A stretch of DNA of 64,000 nt from Fimbriimonadales bacterium (GTDB lineage: Bacteria; Armatimonadota; Fimbriimonadia; Fimbriimonadales; JABRVX01). The stretch lies in contig BTVI01000004.1 of NCBI GenBank assembly GCA_045862955.1, forward strand, positions 32,001-96,000. Reading direction: 5' to 3'. The notes beneath the pieces are model-generated. The model worked only from the letters and a program-made list of their open reading frames with translations. It did not search any database and was not told where the DNA came from. The position numbers and the translations under genes are program-made. This document shows positions 58,101 to 64,000 of the stretch, in pieces; positions within the stretch are counted from its first letter, which is position 1; each line of letters opens with the position of its first letter.

Positions 58101-60180
58101 TCACAATGCCGATGAGCAGTCCTACTCTACCGAGCGCTTTTACTACAACGCCGAAGGGACCCTGCGCGAGCGCGAGACGACCGACGGGCGAACCATCGGC
58201 TATCTCTACGACCCGAATCGCGAGTGGCTCACGGGGATTGACTACCCCAACGATCCGGACGTCACCTTCACCTACGATGCCGCAGGGAGGCTCGAGTACG
58301 TGGACGACGGCCCGGGGGCGATTGACTACGTGTACGACGCGTACAAGCGCCTGTGGAAGGTCATCCGAACCTTCGACGCCCTGGCGAACAAGCAGTACGT
58401 CATCGAGTACTTCTACAACCCCGACGGCACCGTGCAGAAGACCAAGTCGGGGCTGGTGGCAGGCGGCACCGACAGTCGGCTCGAAACGCACTACACCCTG
58501 GACGATGCGGGCAGAATGACTGCTCTTCAGGTGCTCTTCCCTGCCTCGCCACCGCCCGGAGGACGCTCGATGTCGGGTGGCATCCCCGTCGCAAACACCT
58601 GGACGTGGACCTATGACCGTGCTGGCAGGCTAAAGACGGAGACGGACCCTACCGGCGTCGTGACCACCTACACCTACAAACCGAATGACGACAAGTCGTT
58701 CCTCCAGCGTGTCGAGACGAAGAACGGCGCCGTGACCCTGATGCGCTTCGACTACACGGATTACCCGGACGCGTCGGTGGCGAGTGTTACGGAGACCATC
58801 GGCGGCGGGGCGAACGGGACAGTAAGCTATGAGTATGACCACCGGGCCCAGTTGCAGAGCGACGCGAGGAGCGGCGGCTATGCCTTCTACAGAGGCTACC
58901 AGTATGACCGAGCGGGAAACCTCGTGCGGCTGGACTTCGACGAACAGGGTCGGGTAAGCAGCGCCTGGACGAGCTCGTACAACCAGCTTCAGTCCGTGAG
59001 CGGGGCGCTGAGTTATGGGTTGGCGTACGGAGCGGACGGAGCCGTGGCTGGGCTGGATGACGGGTCGAACCAGTGGACGTACGCCTACGATGACGAGAAC
59101 CGGCTGAAGGAGGTGCGGCGGGGCGCGAACCTGGTGTACACTTGCGTGTACGATGCGTTCGGGCGGCCGGCAGTGGAGACGCTGAACGGCGCGACGAGGT
59201 ATCTAGTCTGGGAAGGGGATGAGCTGTTGTTGGAGGTGGCTCCGGGGACCGGAGCGGTGGTGACCAGGCACGTCTGGGGTGCGGGAGGGTACCAGGGGTA
59301 CTTCCGGAACGAGGGCAGCACCCCTACCCGGTTGGCTCTCCGCGATGGCTTGGGGCACGTGCGCGGACTGATGAACACGTCGAAGGCGATCACCGACCGG
59401 TACCTATTCGACGCGTACGGAAACGACGTCGCGGCGAACCTGCACAACACCACCGAGGGCAACAGCCTCCGCTTTCGCTGGAACGGGTCGTATGGCTACC
59501 GGACACTGTACCTACTATCCGGTCAGCAGAGTACTAACACGGCCACGGTGATGCACGTCGGTGCCCGCCACTACTCCCCCTCCCTCCACCGCTGGCTGCA
59601 GAGGGATCCGATTCGGCTGCGCGGAGGCAGCCCAAACCTATACACATACTGCGCCAGCAACCCTGTAAGCTTCGTGGATCCGTCGGGCCTCTGCCAACTC
59701 ATTCTCTACGTCAACCCTGGCGGCGCCGGCATGGGCAGTCACCTACTGGTTGGTCTTGTGGACAATAGCGGCAATGTAACCTGGGTCAGCTTCTATCCTG
59801 AGGATCCCGCCAGAATGAAGAAGAAGCAATCAGAGGGGCCCGGCCATGTGAGTATCACGCAGACTCCCACGCGAGGAGGGCGCGGAGTCGTCTTCGACAT
59901 CACCGATGATCAGTACGGGAAGCTCCTTGCAGCGGTTATAGCGGAGGTGCAGCAGCGGGTTGAAGGCCGGGGGAAGAAGTATGACCTGTCAGGCTACAAC
60001 TGTGTGGATTGGGCGGACGAGTTGTTCTCCATGGCACTCGGCACAGAGCCTTATCCTGAAAGGCAACCTGGAAGGGTGACCAAGCCGAGTCGATACCTTG
60101 ACTGGTTTCCTGGCAGCAGGCCCATTCCGAAGCTCGGCGAGTGGCGACCAGGTGACGTGTTGCCGGTGCAAATGCGATGA
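55144..60180 (+). CDS. Secreted Rhs/YD-repeat polymorphic toxin with a permuted papain-like tip
   Basis: ATG 55144 after AGGAGG; signal peptide; YDxxGRL repeats; core GARHYSPSLHRWLQRDP..NLYTYC..NP...DPSG; tip with SHLLVG and YDLSGYNCVDWA. Confidence 0.92.
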   Translation: MRSTLSSVVHTAQALRWVGSLFTLGLCILAARAGEWKISRTVEITVAGGVTETITNCPEPNEPSYEIGGSETGTFPQPDPEGLKYFDQRDWMAGWLAGVSDPALEGTARITYTVTYEPDSEEDEPPSRIVLILGGWLSLDGIGPVVVGDCCPGEGPEVGGVHAEALARVLGEARDGQGSVSAGCDTSEEFSHARLRVLVRVVSMVKDQQSGNWSGSTEVEAEIGIKEELVGEGAVRASGFWWSTAEVHIYPAEPGFLFPAFSLPSGPGGGCECGILTIEPLSGTVTAGGEFVVFSGTIPLRSQRQDDDREAGDPGTMYSLFPPPFGNMSHWLSMRVEPGRALLDYWTPNTFTNDVDPAGRLGFAIVPARTSEAGVGSPSASARAGVLASTTQGLTSLTDPDIGDFAVDATGARIRFGSYNGAERVESNLSFVTGGSTITNAGPPGRIASRGGWTYTFGLYTDLTDNVPIHLLTGITDPFGNVVSINHEQRTATFSWSGETWTWDLYTNEPGGPSGYLRMLERPGERFTFTWTADGRMAGYGRYVFDPGLQDWQLVEHYSFGWNSAPGGLLRAEHQVTGDCQAGCNTTQIVGQEWHSATPFASQNEPHLVAFTDRFGHPKMQATAVGFEGATVATNLTRYQSGRDYMVTATDQTGKTSTTRLRTETDVTGIPRVSEIHSEGAVLVGAGTPSRTVVTLDQYDRAIAVEWDTEAGPLANGYELTYDGYSQRIASVRNRDTHDTWTVSWATAGGEPVVGAVTDPTSISWQFSYGQRGNPAAALTTMTSPWGAHWLFDYNGIGQLKQTAAPGRASDVIQYYGEEQQDPQEYLSLPKRYTDPTGRSVYFEAYDLRKNLTKYSFEDDALNKIGTLFEYDAFGNLSTITHTDQSQASFTYGGGLLTKVTDEVDRKVYFDRYPGGDNPGKLRSVAFDQSHDDLFAYLAYDAAGRLTHVWDGLHATNPYEDPPPAQEVAILSYDYGQAGELVSITHHNADEQSYSTERFYYNAEGTLRERETTDGRTIGYLYDPNREWLTGIDYPNDPDVTFTYDAAGRLEYVDDGPGAIDYVYDAYKRLWKVIRTFDALANKQYVIEYFYNPDGTVQKTKSGLVAGGTDSRLETHYTLDDAGRMTALQVLFPASPPPGGRSMSGGIPVANTWTWTYDRAGRLKTETDPTGVVTTYTYKPNDDKSFLQRVETKNGAVTLMRFDYTDYPDASVASVTETIGGGANGTVSYEYDHRAQLQSDARSGGYAFYRGYQYDRAGNLVRLDFDEQGRVSSAWTSSYNQLQSVSGALSYGLAYGADGAVAGLDDGSNQWTYAYDDENRLKEVRRGANLVYTCVYDAFGRPAVETLNGATRYLVWEGDELLLEVAPGTGAVVTRHVWGAGGYQGYFRNEGSTPTRLALRDGLGHVRGLMNTSKAITDRYLFDAYGNDVAANLHNTTEGNSLRFRWNGSYGYRTLYLLSGQQSTNTATVMHVGARHYSPSLHRWLQRDPIRLRGGSPNLYTYCASNPVSFVDPSGLCQLILYVNPGGAGMGSHLLVGLVDNSGNVTWVSFYPEDPARMKKKQSEGPGHVSITQTPTRGGRGVVFDITDDQYGKLLAAVIAEVQQRVEGRGKKYDLSGYNCVDWADELFSMALGTEPYPERQPGRVTKPSRYLDWFPGSRPIPKLGEWRPGDVLPVQMR

Positions 60181-60917
60181 GACCGGGGCGCAGATGGCTG
60201 GTGCTAGTGTTAGTGTCTGCCGTAGTCGTCACATCGCTCGGCCTGTTCTTCTGGCCTAGGTTCATAAGTCCTTCGAGGTACTACTATTTGGTGGACTCGC
60301 GGGTTCTGCCGGCTCGGCTAGCCGAGGCTGAGCGGCTGGCTCGGTCGGCGAATCCCGAGTGGAGGGAGGTAGCTTGCAGCATAGTGGAGGTCAGCAAAGA
60401 TAACCGGGCGGTGCCGCTGATGCTGAAGCTGTTGCTTGAGGACCGTGACGAAGGTGTAAGGCGGTCGGCAGCCGCGGCTCTAAGCGAGGTTGACGATCCT
60501 AGGATTGCTGGGGCACTTACGCGGCCGATACGTAGGATGGACCCGTGTGCCCGGCGCGTTGCTGCAATTGCTCTCTGGCGTAAGTCCGACCCGGACGCTG
60601 CGGCGATCTTCTGCTGGATGCTGCGAAGTACGGAGGAGATGGATCGACTGACAGCCATCGACGGCCTAGGCCGCCTCAAGGGTGAGCAGAACCGGCAAAC
60701 GGCTGTTCGCGTACTCATGGAGTCGCTAAGCCATGCGCCCCGCCGCGAGCTACTACGCATCTGCGGCACGTTAGTCTATCTGGGTGCAGAGGAAGCGGTG
60801 TCCGAATTGCGCCAAGTACGTCAACGACGCGACATCGAGCCTACTGATCGTGAATGGATCGACTACTGGATCGGTCTCCTTCAGGGTCGGCGAGTGGACC
60901 CTCCGGAGCACCCCTAG
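60177..60917 (+). CDS. Membrane-anchored HEAT-repeat protein, putative immunity
   Basis: ATGA overlap with the Rhs stop; N-terminal TM; DEGVRRSAAAAL-type repeats. Confidence 0.8.
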   Translation: MRPGRRWLVLVLVSAVVVTSLGLFFWPRFISPSRYYYLVDSRVLPARLAEAERLARSANPEWREVACSIVEVSKDNRAVPLMLKLLLEDRDEGVRRSAAAALSEVDDPRIAGALTRPIRRMDPCARRVAAIALWRKSDPDAAAIFCWMLRSTEEMDRLTAIDGLGRLKGEQNRQTAVRVLMESLSHAPRRELLRICGTLVYLGAEEAVSELRQVRQRRDIEPTDREWIDYWIGLLQGRRVDPPEHP

Positions 60918-60959
60918 CTCCGGGAGCCGCTCGTTAGGCCTGAAGCCCGCATTGCCTCC

Positions 60960-61463
60960 ACTTACGTGGAGTCTGACGACAAGTGGTTCTTGCAGACGAC
61001 AGTGATGAAGAACCCGGCCAACATGCTGATGAAGTTCGAGAGCGCGCCCGAACCGGATCCGTAGGACGCGAAACACTCATTACTGCGGCTTACTGCCGGA
61101 ACCAGCCAAGCGATCGCCGCCGCGAGGGCTGCACGGACGGCGCGAGCTACGGTGGCGACAGCAAGTGCAAGTACGAGCCGTGCCGCACCCATTTTTCGAG
61201 CCGGGATAGAGGTGACGAAGCATGCCGCGGAGCAGATGGCACTGCACAAGGTCACCGCCAGGATGATCGAGGTAGCATTGGCCAAGGGCGAGCGGTTCTG
61301 GGATCCGCTCGGCAAGACATACATCTACATTCTGAGGAGAGCTTACCAGACGAAGGGCGGAGCGCAAGATCTGCTGATCGCCAAGAGCCCAACGTGCAAG
61401 CGTATCGTGACCGTCATCGTAGGAAACAGGGTGGAGAGACCGAGGTTCGTACCCGTCAAGTGA
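60960..61463 (+). pseudogene. Orphan Rhs toxin tip (DUF4258/RelE-like RNase) with an Rhs scar and an in-frame stop
   Basis: 60960-61040 TYVESDDKWFLQTTVMKNPANMLMKFE aligns to main Rhs TYKPNDDKSFLQRVETKNGAVTLMRFD; TAG at 61062; tip VTKHAAEQM...IVTV. Confidence 0.7.
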
Positions 61464-61678
61464 TTGTGGATCTGGTATCGTTGGTCAAAGAGCTTGCCGC
61501 TCACCCGGACTTCGAACCGGGGACGCCGGTGTGCTTCGAGACTCGGTCGCAACGGTTTGACCAACCATCAGACGTTGCTGATAGCGTGCCGTACGACTGC
61601 GCCAACGGCGTAGACCTATGGGTCTACATAGACCACCAAGGGCTTGTGCTTGGGCTCGAGTTCTGGGGCGACTGGTGA
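61460..61678 (+). CDS. DUF2283-like small protein, putative immunity
   Basis: GTGA overlap with the toxin stop; VYIDHQGLVLGLEFW. Confidence 0.7.
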   Translation: MIVDLVSLVKELAAHPDFEPGTPVCFETRSQRFDQPSDVADSVPYDCANGVDLWVYIDHQGLVLGLEFWGDW

Positions 61679-61808
61679 GCGAAGGGGCCTCGGGCGTCAA
61701 CGACTGCACCCGGCGTGGCGGTTGGTGTCATAGTTCCGCTCGCCCGACTCTGGCTCCGACTACCATCGTGCGAAGCGTCGTGTGGACAAGTAAGCATGGG
61801 GTGGGAAC

Positions 61809-62030
61809 ATGTTCATTGACCTCATCAACGTCCTCAAGCAGATTTCAGCCCGGTCGGACTACGACCCAGGGACGCCCGTGTATCTAGACACGCGACCACA
61901 GGGTCTAGAGCCACGGCCCGAGGTCGCCAAGAGAGACGAGTGGCTTTGCGAGAACGGGATGAAGTTGGTCGTTGAGTTCGATGGCCAAGGACGTGTGCTC
62001 GGCATACAAGTGTGGCCGATCCCCGACTGA
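61809..62030 (+). CDS. DUF2283-like paralog, putative orphan immunity
   Basis: Same size and pattern as 61460-61678 (DYDPGTPV, CENG, VEFDGQGRVLGIQVW). Confidence 0.7.
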   Translation: MFIDLINVLKQISARSDYDPGTPVYLDTRPQGLEPRPEVAKRDEWLCENGMKLVVEFDGQGRVLGIQVWPIPD

Positions 62031-62087
62031 AATCCATCGCCTATCGGTTAGCTCCTTTTCTGCCCATGCCGGGAAGTCTGCGATGAG

Positions 62088-62612
62088 CCGGCCATCGAGA
62101 CGGTGAACGGGTTGACGAGGTATCTGGTCTGGGAAGGGGATGAGCTGTTGTTGGAGGTAGCTCCGGGGACCGGAGCAGTGATGACCAGGCACGTCTGGGG
62201 TGCGGGAGGGTACCAGGGGTACTTCCGGAACGAGGGCAGCACCCCTACCCGGTTGGCTCTCCGCGATGGCTTGGGGCATGTGAGAGGGTTGATGAATACG
62301 TCGAAGGTGATCACTGATAGGTACGTGTACGACGCGTACGGCAACGACGTCGCCCCTAACCTGCACAACACCACCGAGGGCAACAGCCTCCGCTTTCGCT
62401 GGAACGGCTCCTACGGCTACCGGACGCTGTACCTGCTATCCGGTCAGCAGAGTACTAACACCGCCACGGTGATGCACGTCGGTGCCCGCCACTACTCCCC
62501 ATCGCTGAGAAGATGGCTGCAGCGGGATCCTGTTGGTCTGGGTGGTGGCAGTCCCAATCTGTATCAGTACTGCTGTAACTCTCCCATCGGAGCGGTCGAT
62601 CCGATGGGACTC
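62088..62612 (+). repeat. ~525-bp near-identical duplicate of the Rhs core (59167-59691)
   Basis: Colinear at constant offset 2921 up to the DPxG motif. Confidence 0.93.
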
Positions 62613-63176
62613 CAGATGCGGCCCCCAGTAGGACACGAAGAGCGGATCATCTCACTGGCTCTGGGTCTGATTCGGCAGGTTGCCCCGGAGATCGCAGACG
62701 ACTTGCGATCGATTCTGGTGCTTGTCGATGATGACCTGGAACTCGGTGCTCGCGGCACCATCAGAGATGGCTGCATCGTGCTCAAACCTCACTGGACGGA
62801 TCCTACAGGGCTGAAGACGTATTGGCACGAGATGAGATCGCGCGCAGTAGAGGCTGCATCGACCATCGTGCATGAGTACTACCACCTGCGAAAGCAGGCG
62901 GAGGGATGGGCGAAGCTGATTTCCTCTTTGGCTTATCACGGGGCCCTGTTGTGGGCTACCCTCGGGGTTATGTTCAGCCCCCTCAACGATGTCGAGCAAG
63001 TTCCGAAAGACCCACTAGCAGCGTATGAGAAACCGGCGTACTCCTTCTCCGTGCGCTTCCTTGATATCCTCGCGATAGCGAGGCCAGACCTCATTGCGTA
63101 CATTCGAGCGACACGTGCGGAAATCTGTGCGGCTTTTGAGCAGCACTATGGTTTGCCACTAACAGGGGGAGGTTGA
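62103..63176 (+). CDS. Orphan Rhs cassette: core fragment plus HExxH metallopeptidase-like tip
   Basis: Core ends DPMGL; tip has IVHEYYH (62871-62885) and a later ExxAY. Confidence 0.85.
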   Translation: MNGLTRYLVWEGDELLLEVAPGTGAVMTRHVWGAGGYQGYFRNEGSTPTRLALRDGLGHVRGLMNTSKVITDRYVYDAYGNDVAPNLHNTTEGNSLRFRWNGSYGYRTLYLLSGQQSTNTATVMHVGARHYSPSLRRWLQRDPVGLGGGSPNLYQYCCNSPIGAVDPMGLQMRPPVGHEERIISLALGLIRQVAPEIADDLRSILVLVDDDLELGARGTIRDGCIVLKPHWTDPTGLKTYWHEMRSRAVEAASTIVHEYYHLRKQAEGWAKLISSLAYHGALLWATLGVMFSPLNDVEQVPKDPLAAYEKPAYSFSVRFLDILAIARPDLIAYIRATRAEICAAFEQHYGLPLTGGG

Positions 63177-63628
63177 TGCCGACACTGCAAGTAGTCTCTC
63201 GCTGCTCACTTGCACTGCTTGTTGCGGTATCAGCCGCAGGGTTTGTTGTACTTTCGGGTTGCAGGCCCTATGTGGAGAAGGTGCCGCTCTCCGTCTGCAT
63301 GTTCAACCTGAGGCAGATGCGGGGTGGATTGCTCGAGGTCGCCAAGGCCTTGGGGCCCGAGGGACTGCGTCGGCTGGACTTCTCACCTGAGGGTAGCGGC
63401 TGGCGGAGGTTCGGGGTCATACCTAGCAGCGACCGACCTTGCGAGTGTCCGTCGGCCAAGCCGGACGAAGGATACGGCTATGTTCTGAACCCGCGGCTGT
63501 TCTATCACCCTATTTCCGAGATCGCCGACCAGGATTGGCTGATTGCGGATTCTGCGCCCCGCCATGATGGTTACTACTGGGCGATTACGAGGTCCGGGAA
63601 GGTCTTCAAGACGAGGTTACTCCTGTGA
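63176..63628 (+). CDS. Exported putative immunity protein resembling the DUF1559/H-X9-DG domain
   Basis: TGATG coupling; hydrophobic N-terminus with LSGC; CMFNLRQM, CPSA, GYVLN, RHDGYYWAITRSG. Confidence 0.75.
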   Translation: MPTLQVVSRCSLALLVAVSAAGFVVLSGCRPYVEKVPLSVCMFNLRQMRGGLLEVAKALGPEGLRRLDFSPEGSGWRRFGVIPSSDRPCECPSAKPDEGYGYVLNPRLFYHPISEIADQDWLIADSAPRHDGYYWAITRSGKVFKTRLLL

Positions 63629-63783
63629 CGAGGGGTTCGGCTTGTTGTGCCTGTTGGTCCACAGAGTCTTCCGGAGCGCGCCTTCGTCGTGGACACGGCT
63701 GCCTGGGCACAGCTAAGACCTCAAGGCTATGGTGCGGCAAGAATTCCTTACCTCACAGTTCTCTAGCACCTGTCAGGACAAGT

Positions 63784-64000
63784 TGCAACTATGAGGCTCC
63801 GAACGTGCACGACACCGCCGAGGGCGACCCATTGACTCTAGCATCTCGTGTACCAGGCGTTCAGCACTACGCGCCGCTCAGGGCTGGCGCCCACCCTACG
63901 CTATGCCTTCTAGCCGGCCGACAGTGCAATAGCTCCACCACCATGCCCGGGTTCTCGGAATCAGGCGGCCGCCGCACCCTCTACTTGCTAACCGGCCAGC
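63784..64000 (+). pseudogene. Degenerate Rhs core remnants; a further copy begins at the window edge
   Basis: APNVHDTAEGD ~ APNLHNTTEGN; PTLCLLAGRQCNSSTTM ~ RTLYLLSGQQSTNTATVM; RTLYLLTGQ from 63973. Confidence 0.7.

Noticed and set aside
60983..61678. Single 231-aa gene
   Set aside because: Only 61460-61678 looks coding in this frame (paralogous to 61809); the upstream part is the off-frame reading of the toxin remnant.

Overview
GC-rich bacterial chromosome segment. Armatimonadota-like affinity is inferred from PEP-CTERM proteins, prepilin/H-X9-DG proteins, dockerin-like tails and TIGR03790. Most of it is housekeeping: tRNA-Ser(TGA), a PilT/PilU ATPase, aroF-tyrA-aroA-cmk-plsC, fadD/folP, fadN-etfBA, hppA, sucD, cysteine desulfurase, a sigma70-family factor, mnmG, glycerate kinase and rho. 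The accessory parts are: (1) a four-gene operon at 47971-50842 (-) headed by a DUF2946/CruR-like uORF (signal segment, CxxC, C-terminal RGPP stall motif), then a structured intergenic RNA, two His-motif surface proteins sharing one domain but carrying different anchors, and an H-X9-DG prepilin; this is the best candidate for an undescribed metal-responsive surface system; (2) a signal-peptide Rhs polymorphic toxin locus (55144-64000) with three unrelated toxin tips, unusual immunity candidates (HEAT, DUF2283-like x2, H-X9-DG-like) and several Rhs scars; (3) two arrays built from one palindromic REP-like repeat, including a 16x17-bp higher-order minisatellite and a 9x38-bp tandem array; (4) a fused restriction-modification enzyme with an in-frame palindromic insertion; (5) a PEP-CTERM paralog pair with different promoter types; (6) a large secreted HExxHxxGxxD metallopeptidase that runs off the left edge and is missing from the ORF track. 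All family calls come from motif recognition by eye; no database searches were run.
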